From: Acetatifactor sp.
GTDB lineage: Bacteria; Bacillota; Clostridia; Lachnospirales; Lachnospiraceae
Length of the DNA: 64,000 nucleotides
Direction: 5' to 3'
NCBI GenBank assembly: GCA_045590095.1
Contig: JAZNQI010000046.1
Coordinates: forward strand, 22,821 to 86,820
Under the pieces are notes generated by a model. It was not told the origin of the DNA. It saw only the letters and a program-made list of their open reading frames with translations, and did no database searches. Positions 1 to 10,210 of this stretch are shown in pieces (position 1 is the first letter of the stretch; each line of letters opens with the position of its first letter). The position numbers and the translations under genes are program-made.

Positions 1-6
1 TTTTGC

Positions 7-1017
7 ATGGCTAACAATGTGTATGGTATTGATTTAGGTACCAATAATATTAAAATATACAGCAAGAACGATGACAAAATTTTAGTAGAAAAGAATATGA
101 TTGCTATTGAAAATAAGCATACTTTATTTGCATACGGTGATTCGGCATTCGACATGTATGAAAAGGCACCCAGCAATATTCAGGTGTCTTATCCCTTATC
201 ACATGGTGTAATTGCAGAAATAAAGAATATGGAGACCTTAATCAAGTATTTTATTACAGATTTTCAAGGTGGTACCATTAAGCCTGCTGATTTTTATATT
301 GCAGTTCCTACTGATGTCACCGAAGTGGAAAAAAGAGCTTTCTATGACCTTGTAAAAGATGCCAATGTAAAGGCAAAAAAGGTTATGGTAGTAGAGAAGG
401 CTGTAGCTGACGGATTAGGTTTGGGCATTGATGTTAAGACATCCCAAGGTGTTATTATTGTCAACGTTGGTTTTGATACCACTGAGATTTCTATTCTTTC
501 TTTGGGAGGAATTGTTCTCAGCCGTTTGATTAAAGTGGGCGGAAACAAATTCGATGATTCCATCCGTAATGCAGTGCGTAAAGAATTAAGTTTAATTATT
601 GGCGGAAAGACTGCGGAAAGCATTAAATGTTCTATTGATGAATTGGAAGAAAACGGAATGGGGGCAGTAGTATACGGTCGTGACATTGTAACCGGACTTC
701 CGGTAGAGCGAGAAATTCCCGCAGAAATGATTAACCAGTCATTAGAGGAACACTTTGCCACCATTATAGACAATGTTAAGGTGATTTTGGAGAGAACGCC
801 GCCGGAGCTTGCAGCAGATATCTACCGCAATGGTATCTATTTGACAGGTGGATCTTCTCAGGTTGCTCATTTGGCGGATGAACTGCATAAAGGTACTGGA
901 TTAAAGGTGAATTTATCAGAGAATCCGTTAACCAGTGTGGCTATCGGATTGGCGAAAATAATTAATGATGATAACTATAAAACTGTCGCTTATGCAATAG
1001 AAGGGATGAGTAAATGA
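7..1017 (+). CDS. mreB: Rod shape-determining actin-like protein MreB (divergent paralog)
   Basis: GIDLGT, PLSHGVI, TEVEKRA, LERTPPELAADI and LTGG motifs; first gene of the mreBCD cluster. Confidence 0.92.
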   Translation: MANNVYGIDLGTNNIKIYSKNDDKILVEKNMIAIENKHTLFAYGDSAFDMYEKAPSNIQVSYPLSHGVIAEIKNMETLIKYFITDFQGGTIKPADFYIAVPTDVTEVEKRAFYDLVKDANVKAKKVMVVEKAVADGLGLGIDVKTSQGVIIVNVGFDTTEISILSLGGIVLSRLIKVGGNKFDDSIRNAVRKELSLIIGGKTAESIKCSIDELEENGMGAVVYGRDIVTGLPVEREIPAEMINQSLEEHFATIIDNVKVILERTPPELAADIYRNGIYLTGGSSQVAHLADELHKGTGLKVNLSENPLTSVAIGLAKIINDDNYKTVAYAIEGMSK

Positions 1018-1886
1018 GTCCGGTAGTGAAGAAAAATAGGGAGAAGTTTACGATTCCAAGTAAATATCTCCTTTTTACATTAACTTGTTTATGTACAATA
1101 TTGATGGTAGTTACAATCAGTACGGATGCATTGAACAAGCCGTTAAACACAGTGGTTGGATATGTTGTGGTTCCTTTTCAGCAGGGAATCGGAAATGTAG
1201 GCGGTTGGATTTCGAAACGTTCTGATGAACTTGGACAAGTAAAGGATTTACTTCAAGAAAATGCCAAGTTGAAAGAAAAAGTTGACGATTTGATGGTAGA
1301 AAATACTCTTTTACAACAGGATAAAGCGGAATTGTTACGCTTGCGAGAATTGTATAAGATTGATAAAGAGTATGATTCATACACCAAGGTCGGAGCGCAA
1401 ATAATCAGCCGTGATCCTGGAAACTGGTATTCTACTTTTGTGATTGATAAAGGAACCGATGATGGTTTGTGTGTGGATATGAATGTTATTGCGGATGGTG
1501 GTCTCGTAGGACGTATTACTGCAATAGGTCCCAATTGGGCGCAGGTTACTTCTATTATTTCAGACAATGCAAATGTGTCTGCAAAAACATTAGTTTCTTC
1601 CGATACAATGATTGTTTCGGGAGATTTGGAAGCTATGAAAGACGGTGTTATCCGATTCAGCCAATTGGTTGACAGTCAAAACAATGTGGGTGAAGGTGAT
1701 AAAATTGTCACCTCTCATATTAGCGACAAATATTTACCAAATATTATGATCGGATATATTTACTCGGTGCAATCAGACCCTAATAATTTGACAAAATCAG
1801 GTTACATATCACCGGCAGTGGATTTTGAACACTTGGAAGAAGTTTTGGTTATTTTGGAGACGAAGGAAGAAATAACTGTAGAGTAA
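1014..1886 (+). CDS. mreC: Rod shape-determining protein MreC
   Basis: N-terminal TM, coiled coil, IDKGTDDG, GLVGRI and GDKIVTS motifs; follows mreB. Confidence 0.95.
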   Translation: MSPVVKKNREKFTIPSKYLLFTLTCLCTILMVVTISTDALNKPLNTVVGYVVVPFQQGIGNVGGWISKRSDELGQVKDLLQENAKLKEKVDDLMVENTLLQQDKAELLRLRELYKIDKEYDSYTKVGAQIISRDPGNWYSTFVIDKGTDDGLCVDMNVIADGGLVGRITAIGPNWAQVTSIISDNANVSAKTLVSSDTMIVSGDLEAMKDGVIRFSQLVDSQNNVGEGDKIVTSHISDKYLPNIMIGYIYSVQSDPNNLTKSGYISPAVDFEHLEEVLVILETKEEITVE

Positions 1887-1898
1887 GGAGACATAGGT

Positions 1899-2405
1899 TT
1901 GTTAAGAAAATTTACAGTATTTATTTTCATATTTGTATGTTTTATCTTGCAAAGTACAGTGTTTCGCAGTTTGTCGTTTGCGGGAATAGTACCGAATTTA
2001 CTGATTGTTTTGACTTCAGCATACGGTTTTATGCGTGGTGAAAACGAAGGTATGGTAATCGGATTCTTTTGCGGTTTATTGATTGACATTTTCTTTGGTG
2101 ATATTTTGGGCTTTTATGCTTTGATTATGATGTATATTGGCTTTATAAACGGCAAGTTCAATATGATTTTTTATCCCGAAGATTTAAAACTTCCTTTGGG
2201 ACTGATTGTAATAAGCGATTTGTCCTATGGAATGGTTTGTTATATTTTAATGTTTATGTTGAAGGGTAAGTTTGATTTCTGGTTCTATTTTACCAATATT
2301 ATTTTACCGGAATTGGTTTATACAATGATTATTACTTGTTTGCTGTATCCGGTACTTTTAGTAGTAAATAAAAAGTTGGAACGTCGAGAAAGAAGAGGCG
2401 CATAG
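1899..2405 (+). CDS. mreD: Rod shape-determining protein MreD
   Basis: Hydrophobic 168 aa, PNLL and GFFCGLLID motifs; TTG start after AAGGAG. Confidence 0.93.
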   Translation: MLRKFTVFIFIFVCFILQSTVFRSLSFAGIVPNLLIVLTSAYGFMRGENEGMVIGFFCGLLIDIFFGDILGFYALIMMYIGFINGKFNMIFYPEDLKLPLGLIVISDLSYGMVCYILMFMLKGKFDFWFYFTNIILPELVYTMIITCLLYPVLLVVNKKLERRERRGA

Positions 2406-2409
2406 AGTT

Positions 2410-5307
2410 TTGTTTGAGAAAATTAAAGATGATATAATTAATTTCATAACGAACAGGATTACTTTGCTGACGTTTTTGTTCATTTTTTTAGGCGGGATCC
2501 TGATTTATCGCTGCTTTAATTTACAGATAGTCCACGGACAGGAATATTTTGACAAATTTATGTTACAGGCAGAAAAGAGCAGGGATATTTCCAGTTCCAG
2601 AGGAACCATTTATGATTGTAACGGCGTTGTACTGGCCTATGATGATTTGGCATATTCCGTTAAAATCGAAGATGTTTATGAATCGGGTAGCGGAAAGAAC
2701 AAGAAGTTAAATGATACCATTTATAAATTAATTAAAAGTGTTGAAAAAAACGGAGATTCCATTATTGAGGATTTTAACATTATTTTAGATTCTAACGGTA
2801 ATTATGTCTTTAATGTGGAGGGCACAAGATTACTTAGATTTTTAGCGGATGTATACGGATATGCAGACACTGATGAGCTGGAAGAGGAAGAACGTGTAGC
2901 AACTGCTCAAGAGGTAATCGATTTCTTGGCCTCAAAAAAGAATTTTGCCATAGGTGATTATGCTGTGGAAGGGGATTCTTCTTCTGAGTTTATTGTGGGA
3001 AAGGGATATACCAAAAAGGAACTTTTGCAAATGGTAAATATCCGTTATGCCATGAAGTTAACCAGCTATCGTAAATATATCGGAACAACAGTAGCAAAGG
3101 ATATCAGCAACGAAACCGTTGCAGTTATCATGGAGAATTCAGCTCAGCTACCCGGTGTTTCCATAGTAGAAGATACGGTAAGAAGATATACGGAAGACAG
3201 TAAATATTTTGCGCATATTTTAGGGTATACCGGCAAAATATCTTCCGAAGAATTGGATGCATTTAATCTACAGGATTTACAATCCGGAGGTACAGGAACA
3301 CGCTATTCCATAAATGATATGGTGGGTAAAAGCGGTATAGAACTTTATATGGAATCTGTATTGCAGGGAACCAAAGGGTATGAAAAGGTTTCCGTAGATA
3401 ATATGGGACGTGTGATAAGCATAATTGAACGTACGGAAGCAAAAGCCGGTAATGATGTATATTTGACCTTGGATAGCGATTTGCAGCGTGCTACATATGA
3501 TATTTTGGAACAACATATAGCCGGAATTGTAGTTTCCAAAATTCGAAATATAAAAGAATATGTGCCGGCAGATAATGCGAAAAGTGCAGATATTGTAATT
3601 CCTATTTATGATGTTTATTATGCTGTTATCAGTAATGGTGTTATTGATATCAGACAGTTTGACAAAAGCAATGCTGATGAATGTGAAAAAGCAGTGTATG
3701 ATAAGTATCTGCAATACAAATCAGATGTTTACGCAAAACTTCGTAGCGATATGTATGAAAGCAGAATACCGTATAATAAGCTTGATTTAGAGTATCAGAA
3801 TTATCAAAGTGATATGATTACTATTTTAAAAGATAATGGTATTCTGGTCCGTTCATTAATTGATGAAAAGGATAAAACCCAGATTGCATGGGCAATAGAA
3901 GAAAAGATAAGTATTGAAGAATATTTGAAATATTGCATTTCCATGAACTGGATTGATGTAACGAAGCTTGACTTGGAAAGTCAATATTCTGATTCTGAAG
4001 AAATCTATGCTCGTATTTGTGAGTATGTTTTGGAAAAGATTGACACAAACTTGGAGTTCCAGAAAAAGATATATCGTTTCATGATTAAGAAAGACAAAGT
4101 GAGCGGTTTGGAAATCTGTAAAATTTTGTGTGAACAAGGGAAGATACATGTGCCGGAAGAAGAACGTGAGGCTTTGTATAACGGCAAGCTAAAACCCTAC
4201 AATTTCATGATAAATCGTATTAAAAATCTGGATATTACACCTGCTCAATTAGCGTTGGATCCATGCAATGGCTCTGTTGTAATTATGGACACCCAAAACG
4301 GTAATGTTTTAGCTTGCGTTACTTATCCCGGTTATGACAACAACAAAATGGCAAATACCGTGGATGCCGAATATTGGAATGAGCTGATGATTGATAAGTC
4401 CAAACCAATGAACAATTATGCAACTACGTATAAAGGTGCTCCCGGTTCTACATACAAAATGGTAACAGCAACGGCTGCGTTGATGGAAGGTGAAATTGAT
4501 TTAAAAACAAAGGTTAGTTGTACGGGTCAGTTTACGAAAATCAATCCGGGACCTTGGTGTTGGAATCGATATGGACACGGAAATATGGATGTAACGGCAG
4601 GTATTGCAAATTCATGTAACTATTTCTTTTACAATATAGGCTACAATTTATCCACAAAAAATGGTGTGTATAATGCGCAGGAAGGTTTGGATACATTGGC
4701 GTTGTATGCCTCAATGTACGGACTGACAGAAAAGACCGGAATTGAAATCGGTGAAACACAACCTCAGGTATCTGATGAATTGCCCGTACCTTCTGCAATC
4801 GGACAAGGTAGCAATGCATTTTCTTCCGTAGGCCTCACACGTTATGTTGCAGCGGTTGCAAATGGTGGTACGGTATATAATCTGACATTGTTAGATTCAG
4901 TACGAGACAGTGCGGGTAATATTCTTATGGAATATGATGCAACCGTTTATAATCACGTAGTTATGCCGGAGGCGAACTGGGAAGCAATTCAAAAAGGTAT
5001 GCGTCAGGTAGTGGATGCAAAGGTTTATTTCAAAGATTTCGGAGTCTGTGTCGCCGGAAAAACCGGTACGGCAGAACAGTCCGCATCACGCCCGAACCAT
5101 TCCTTGTTCGTAGCATATGCGTCGCCTTATGATAAGGAACCGGAGATTGCCATTACTACACGTATTTTGTTCGGTTATTCATCTGATTATGCAGCACAGA
5201 CCACTCATGATATTTTAGAATATTATTATGGTTTGGAAGAGGAAGACGAGATTGTTACCGGCGAGGCGAACACACCGGATGCAGGAGTGTCTAATAATGA
5301 AATTTAG
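2410..5307 (+). CDS. mrdA: Class B penicillin-binding protein (PBP2/MrdA) with large insertions
   Basis: N-terminal TM, RGTIYD, GKSGIE, SxxK (STYK), SCN and KTG; lies in the mre operon. Confidence 0.9.
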   Translation: MFEKIKDDIINFITNRITLLTFLFIFLGGILIYRCFNLQIVHGQEYFDKFMLQAEKSRDISSSRGTIYDCNGVVLAYDDLAYSVKIEDVYESGSGKNKKLNDTIYKLIKSVEKNGDSIIEDFNIILDSNGNYVFNVEGTRLLRFLADVYGYADTDELEEEERVATAQEVIDFLASKKNFAIGDYAVEGDSSSEFIVGKGYTKKELLQMVNIRYAMKLTSYRKYIGTTVAKDISNETVAVIMENSAQLPGVSIVEDTVRRYTEDSKYFAHILGYTGKISSEELDAFNLQDLQSGGTGTRYSINDMVGKSGIELYMESVLQGTKGYEKVSVDNMGRVISIIERTEAKAGNDVYLTLDSDLQRATYDILEQHIAGIVVSKIRNIKEYVPADNAKSADIVIPIYDVYYAVISNGVIDIRQFDKSNADECEKAVYDKYLQYKSDVYAKLRSDMYESRIPYNKLDLEYQNYQSDMITILKDNGILVRSLIDEKDKTQIAWAIEEKISIEEYLKYCISMNWIDVTKLDLESQYSDSEEIYARICEYVLEKIDTNLEFQKKIYRFMIKKDKVSGLEICKILCEQGKIHVPEEEREALYNGKLKPYNFMINRIKNLDITPAQLALDPCNGSVVIMDTQNGNVLACVTYPGYDNNKMANTVDAEYWNELMIDKSKPMNNYATTYKGAPGSTYKMVTATAALMEGEIDLKTKVSCTGQFTKINPGPWCWNRYGHGNMDVTAGIANSCNYFFYNIGYNLSTKNGVYNAQEGLDTLALYASMYGLTEKTGIEIGETQPQVSDELPVPSAIGQGSNAFSSVGLTRYVAAVANGGTVYNLTLLDSVRDSAGNILMEYDATVYNHVVMPEANWEAIQKGMRQVVDAKVYFKDFGVCVAGKTGTAEQSASRPNHSLFVAYASPYDKEPEIAITTRILFGYSSDYAAQTTHDILEYYYGLEEEDEIVTGEANTPDAGVSNNEI

Positions 5308-5322
5308 AATGGAGATATATTT

Positions 5323-5991
5323 GTGAAAAGTTCTTTTACTATTAAAAGTTTTCAAAACGGAATTAATTTGATTTTAAATCCGGAAGTGGAATTTGATACT
5401 TTATTGCAGGATATTGCTGCGAAGTTTCAGGCATCAAAAGCATTTTTCAAAAGTGCTGATATTGCATTGTCCTTGGAAGGCAGAAATTTGAATCCGGAGC
5501 AAGAAGTAGCTATTTTGGAAGTGATTCGTGAAAATAGTGATTTGAATGTGATTTGTATTATCGGCAAGGATGATGTATCACAGAATAACTTTATTAAAGC
5601 ATTACAAACATTACAAAGTAAATTACCTACCGGTGAATATGCACGTTTTTACAAAGGAACAGTCAAGGATAATGATATTTTGGAAATGGATGACAGTATC
5701 ATTGTGCTCGGTGATGTAAATCCCGGATGTATTGTGACTTCCGGCAAAAATATTATTGTTTTGGGTGGTTTGTACGGAGAAGCACATGCCGGAAGACAGG
5801 ACGCTGAAAATGCGTATGTGATTGCGCTTGAAATGGAGCCGGAGTCATTATGTATCGGCAATTTCAAATATAGAGCTGCGAAAAAAGGAAAATGGAGAAT
5901 ACACCAGAAAATCCAGCCTAAAGTTGCATTTTTAAAAGACGGACAGGTTGTGATGGAACCGATTACAAAAGATATCCTGGAAGAGATTTAA
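5323..5991 (+). CDS. minC: Septum site-determining protein MinC
   Basis: LGDVNPG...IIVLGGLYGEAHAG beta-helix; precedes minD. Confidence 0.92.
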   Translation: MKSSFTIKSFQNGINLILNPEVEFDTLLQDIAAKFQASKAFFKSADIALSLEGRNLNPEQEVAILEVIRENSDLNVICIIGKDDVSQNNFIKALQTLQSKLPTGEYARFYKGTVKDNDILEMDDSIIVLGDVNPGCIVTSGKNIIVLGGLYGEAHAGRQDAENAYVIALEMEPESLCIGNFKYRAAKKGKWRIHQKIQPKVAFLKDGQVVMEPITKDILEEI

Positions 5992-6043
5992 TCTTTTGGG
6001 CGACGATTACAGTGATTTGTCAGATTGACAGAATGGAGGATTT

Positions 6044-6835
6044 ATGTGTGAAGTAATTGTCGTTACATCGGGTAAAGGCGGTGTGGGTAAGACCACCACA
6101 ACCGCAAATGTAGGAACAGGTCTTGCAAATGAAGGTAAAAAGGTGTGTTTAATTGACACAGACATCGGACTTCGTAATTTAGATGTGGTTATGGGTTTGG
6201 AAAATCGAATTGTTTACAATCTGGTTGATGTGGTGGAAGGAAAATGTCGTATTAAACAAGCTTTAATAAGAGACAAGAAACATCCGGGCTTGTATTTGAT
6301 GCCTTCCGCACAAACCAAAGATAAATCAGCAGTAACACCCGGGCAGATGGTGAAAATCATTGACGAACTTAAGGAACAGTTTGACTACATAATTCTGGAT
6401 TGTCCGGCAGGAATTGAGCAGGGATTTCAGAATGCGATTGCGGGAGCAAACAGGGCATTGGTTGTGACAACCCCGGAAGTATCAGCCATACGTGATGCAG
6501 ACAGAATAGTAGGTTTATTGGAGGCAAACAGCTTTACGCAAATCGACTTGATTATTAACCGTTTGCGTATGGACATGGTTCGTCGTGGTGATATGATGTC
6601 TGCAAATGACGTGGTGGATATTTTGGGAATTCCTTTAATAGGTATTGTTCCCGATGATGAAAATGTAGTGGTTTCAACTAATCAGGGAGAACCATTGGTG
6701 GGCTCCGATACACCGGCGGGACATGCATATCACAATGTTTGTCAACGGATTATGGGGAAGGAAGTTCCTTTTTATAACAGTGAAAAATCCATATCCTTTT
6801 GGACAAGGATAACCGGTATTTTTCATAAAGTTTGA
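6044..6835 (+). CDS. minD: Septum site-determining ATPase MinD
   Basis: SGKGGVGKTT, DIGLRNLD, DCPAG and C-terminal amphipathic helix. Confidence 0.97.
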   Translation: MCEVIVVTSGKGGVGKTTTTANVGTGLANEGKKVCLIDTDIGLRNLDVVMGLENRIVYNLVDVVEGKCRIKQALIRDKKHPGLYLMPSAQTKDKSAVTPGQMVKIIDELKEQFDYIILDCPAGIEQGFQNAIAGANRALVVTTPEVSAIRDADRIVGLLEANSFTQIDLIINRLRMDMVRRGDMMSANDVVDILGIPLIGIVPDDENVVVSTNQGEPLVGSDTPAGHAYHNVCQRIMGKEVPFYNSEKSISFWTRITGIFHKV

Positions 6836-6849
6836 GAAAGGAGTTTGCC

Positions 6850-7086
6850 ATGAGACATTTTTTTCGAAGAAAGAGTTCCTGTCAGGTAGCTAAGGACAGA
6901 TTGAAGATATTATTGATTTCGGACAGGGCAAATTGTTCGCCCGAAATGCTTGAATTGATAAAACTGGATATTGCCAAAGTAATATCAAAATACATGAAGA
7001 TTGATACGGTTAATATGGAGATACAGATCAGTAAAACATCTCCGGCATTATGTGCCAATATCCCCATATTGGATTTGAATAAATAA
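6850..7086 (+). CDS. minE: Cell division topological specificity factor MinE
   Basis: AKDRLKILLISDR motif; ATG at 6850 after AAGGAG. Confidence 0.93.
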   Translation: MRHFFRRKSSCQVAKDRLKILLISDRANCSPEMLELIKLDIAKVISKYMKIDTVNMEIQISKTSPALCANIPILDLNK

Positions 7087-7099
7087 AGAAAGGTACACT

Positions 7100-8206
7100 A
7101 TGTTTAAGGATTATAAGCTACGGAATTATGACTTTAAATTAATCATAATGGTATTGGCGCTTTCCATCATCGGTGTGTTTGCTGTCGGTAGTGCCGAGCA
7201 GTCCTTGCAAACAAAACAATTAGTCGGTGTTATTGCCGGTGTTGTTATGATGGTAGGTGTTTCACTTTTTAACTATAAGTGGGTTATCAAATTAAATTGG
7301 TTTATGTATATTGGTAATCTGTTATTGCTTCTTTTAGTTAAGTTTTTAGGAGATGAAGGCGGTTTTGGAGCGCAACGATGGCTTGAAATCGGAACATTTC
7401 GATTTCAGCCTTCGGAATCGGCCAAAATATTATTGATTTTATTTTTCGCACAGTTTATTATGAAACATAAGGAATCATTTAATACCGTACGTATTTTGAT
7501 TCCCTGTCTTGTTTTGATTTTAGTTCCGTGGTATCTGGTTTATTCGCAACCGGATTTGTCTACAAGTATTATTTTAATTTTAGTATTTTGTGTGATTATG
7601 TATGCCGGTGGACTGAGTTGGAAAATCATCCTCGGAATTCTGGCAATTGCGATACCTGCATTTGTCATAGTGGTTTCTATAGCACTTCAACCGGGAAATG
7701 ATTATTTGGAACTATATCAAAAGCAGCGTATTTTGGCTTTCATTAATCCTGAAGAATATGCTACGGGAGAAGCTTACCAACAATTAAATTCTGTCACTGC
7801 AATAGCTTCCGGAATGTTGGATGGTAAGGGCTACAATAATAATGAGATTACCTCCGTAGTTAACGGTAATTATGTTTCACAGCCGCAAACAGACTTTATT
7901 TTCGCAGTTGTTGGAGAAGAGTTTGGTTTTAAAGGTAGTTTAGCGGTTATCATTTTGTTGATGTTGATTGCTTTAGAGTGCGTAAGTGTCGGCAGGCAAT
8001 CATCAGATTTAGCCGGACAGATTATCGGAGCCGGAATGGGTGGTTTAATAGCCTTTCAAGGGTTTATTAATATTGGGGTTGCAACGTTTATTTTGCCAAA
8101 TACAGGTTTACCTTTACCTTTTGTCAGTTATGGTCTGACATCGCTTATGAGTTTATATATTGGTATTGGGTTTATCTTAAACGTTAAGCTACAAAGCAAA
8201 AGGTAA
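7100..8206 (+). CDS. rodA: SEDS family peptidoglycan glycosyltransferase RodA
   Basis: GAQRW, QPSE, TDFIF, PNTGLPLPFVSYG; multi-TM. Confidence 0.9.
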   Translation: MFKDYKLRNYDFKLIIMVLALSIIGVFAVGSAEQSLQTKQLVGVIAGVVMMVGVSLFNYKWVIKLNWFMYIGNLLLLLLVKFLGDEGGFGAQRWLEIGTFRFQPSESAKILLILFFAQFIMKHKESFNTVRILIPCLVLILVPWYLVYSQPDLSTSIILILVFCVIMYAGGLSWKIILGILAIAIPAFVIVVSIALQPGNDYLELYQKQRILAFINPEEYATGEAYQQLNSVTAIASGMLDGKGYNNNEITSVVNGNYVSQPQTDFIFAVVGEEFGFKGSLAVIILLMLIALECVSVGRQSSDLAGQIIGAGMGGLIAFQGFINIGVATFILPNTGLPLPFVSYGLTSLMSLYIGIGFILNVKLQSKR

Positions 8207-8253
8207 TTCATTGGTCATAAACGTATTTTAACAAAAGAAAGAGGGGTATTTAT

Positions 8254-8649
8254 ATGAATATTGCATTGATAGCACATGACGCAAAGAAAAAGTTAATGCA
8301 AAATTTTTGTATCGCTTATAGGGGGATTTTGTGTAAACATGAGTTATTTGCTACCGGTACAACCGGAAGATTGATTGAAGAGGTTACCAATTTAACTGTA
8401 CATAAATTTTTAGCAGGTCATTTAGGCGGTGAACAACAAGTTGGTGCACAGATTGAACACAATCAAATGGATTTGGTTATTTTTCTGCGAGACCCGGGTA
8501 CTCCTAAATCTCATGAACCTGATGTAAATAATGTTGTTAAATTGTGTGATATGCATAATATTCCCTTAGCTACTAATTTGGCAACGGCAGAACTGTTGAT
8601 TAAATCTTTGGACAGAGGAGATTTAGAGTGGCGTGAAATGTACAAATAG
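8254..8649 (+). CDS. mgsA: Methylglyoxal synthase family protein
   Basis: IAHDAKK, ATGTTG, RDP, HEPD and PLATNLATAE motifs. Confidence 0.92.
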   Translation: MNIALIAHDAKKKLMQNFCIAYRGILCKHELFATGTTGRLIEEVTNLTVHKFLAGHLGGEQQVGAQIEHNQMDLVIFLRDPGTPKSHEPDVNNVVKLCDMHNIPLATNLATAELLIKSLDRGDLEWREMYK

Positions 8650-9625
8650 AATATTTCCCAAGATAAATATATTTATAATGAGCCTGGCATGTATGGTCAG
8701 TATTTGCGCTTGCGGAAATAAGAAATATGAGCTTCCGTATACTGCCAATAGTTCCGTAAGCGGTTTTAATGTACTGGCGGCGACTGATTCGGCTACGGTT
8801 CAGCCTTTTGCACAAAATCTGTGTGTGGTTACAAAGGATGTAAAAAAAGCTAATTTTGCTGATACATCTCAGTGTGAAGCGGCCATTTTGTTTGATGTAA
8901 ATAATGCGGAGATTTTATATGCTCAGAATGCACATGAACAGTTACATCCGGCCAGCTTGACAAAGGTAATGACAGCATTGGTTGCTATTAAATACGGTAC
9001 ACCGGAGCAAATTTTGAATGCTACAAATGTGGTATATATTGATGAGCAGGGGGCTCAACTCTGTGGCTTAAAAGCGGGAGACAGCATGACTTTAAATCAA
9101 GCCCTTTATATTTGTTTGTTATATTCGGCAAATGATGTGGCCATGATGATCGCTGAAAATATCTCCGGTTCGGTAGATAAGTTTGTGGAATTAATGAATC
9201 AGGAAGCACATGCTTTGGGGGCAACAAATACTAATTTTGTAAACCCTCACGGCTTGACGGATCCCCAACAATATACAACTGCGTATGATTTGTATTTGAT
9301 ATTTAATGAAGCCATGAAGTACGAAAAATTTGCAGAAATCATTCAAACAACATCTTATGATACAACGTATTATAATATCAAAAATGAACCGATTGAAATT
9401 TCTGTACAAAATACCAATAAATTTTTAAACGGCAAGGAGACAGCACCTGATAATGTAACCGTAATCGGCGGAAAAACCGGCACCACAAATGCTGCCGGTC
9501 ACTGTTTAATGCTTCTTTCAAGGGACAAGAATGGTTCCCCTTATATCTCTATAGTGCTGAGAGCGGAGTCCAGTGACAGTCTTTATGCACAAATGACAGA
9601 TTTATTAGAAGAAATAGGCAAATAG
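8633..9625 (+). CDS. D-alanyl-D-alanine carboxypeptidase (peptidase S11), probable lipoprotein
   Basis: PASLTK, SAND, NPHGL and GGKTG; lipobox-like ICAC. Confidence 0.9.
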   Translation: MKCTNRIFPKINIFIMSLACMVSICACGNKKYELPYTANSSVSGFNVLAATDSATVQPFAQNLCVVTKDVKKANFADTSQCEAAILFDVNNAEILYAQNAHEQLHPASLTKVMTALVAIKYGTPEQILNATNVVYIDEQGAQLCGLKAGDSMTLNQALYICLLYSANDVAMMIAENISGSVDKFVELMNQEAHALGATNTNFVNPHGLTDPQQYTTAYDLYLIFNEAMKYEKFAEIIQTTSYDTTYYNIKNEPIEISVQNTNKFLNGKETAPDNVTVIGGKTGTTNAAGHCLMLLSRDKNGSPYISIVLRAESSDSLYAQMTDLLEEIGK

Positions 9626-9628
9626 TAG

Positions 9629-9657
9629 TTGTTTTTTACAAAGAATTACACTATAAT
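9629..9657 (+). promoter_or_regulatory. Putative sigma-A promoter
   Basis: TTGTTT-17bp-TATAAT upstream of the 9714 CDS. Confidence 0.55.
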
Positions 9658-9713
9658 AGTATTAGGTGAAGTAATTAATGTATTTCATCAATTTACTTTA
9701 GGAGGGTACACCA

Positions 9714-10133
9714 ATGGTTCAATTAATCGTAGGCAAAAAAGGTAAAGGAAAGACAAAACAGTTATTGGATAAAGTAAATAATGAAATTAAAAATATTTCA
9801 GGCAATATCGTGTATTTGGATAAGAGCATGGCACATATGTACGAATTAAACAACAAGGTTCGTATGATTGATGTTTCACAGTTTATGATTGAAAGTTCTG
9901 ATGAATTTATTGGATTTGTTTCAGGTATTATTTCACAGGACCATGATTTACAGCAGATGTATTTTGACAGTTTTTTGAAGATTTCCTGCTTACTTGATAA
10001 GGATATCACACCTGCTATTGAAAAACTTGAGAAAATTAGTGCGGCACAGGGAATTGATTTCATTGTAAGTGTTTCTTTAGATGAGAATGAATTACCTGAG
10101 TCTATAAAGAAGAATGTTATTTTAGCTTTATAA
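9714..10133 (+). CDS. Small P-loop protein of unknown function
   Basis: GKKGKGKT Walker A-like motif at N-terminus; GGAGG RBS. Confidence 0.8.
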   Translation: MVQLIVGKKGKGKTKQLLDKVNNEIKNISGNIVYLDKSMAHMYELNNKVRMIDVSQFMIESSDEFIGFVSGIISQDHDLQQMYFDSFLKISCLLDKDITPAIEKLEKISAAQGIDFIVSVSLDENELPESIKKNVILAL

Positions 10134-10146
10134 TAAAACAAAAGAT

Positions 10147-10177
10147 AAAAGCCTCGGATGCTTACCGGGGCTTTTTC
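10147..10177 (+). terminator. Rho-independent terminator
   Basis: AAAAGCCTCGG-loop-CCGGGGCTTTTT. Confidence 0.75.
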
Positions 10178-10210
10178 TAGGTTGTGTTGTGTAGTTGCGG
10201 AGGAAGTATT

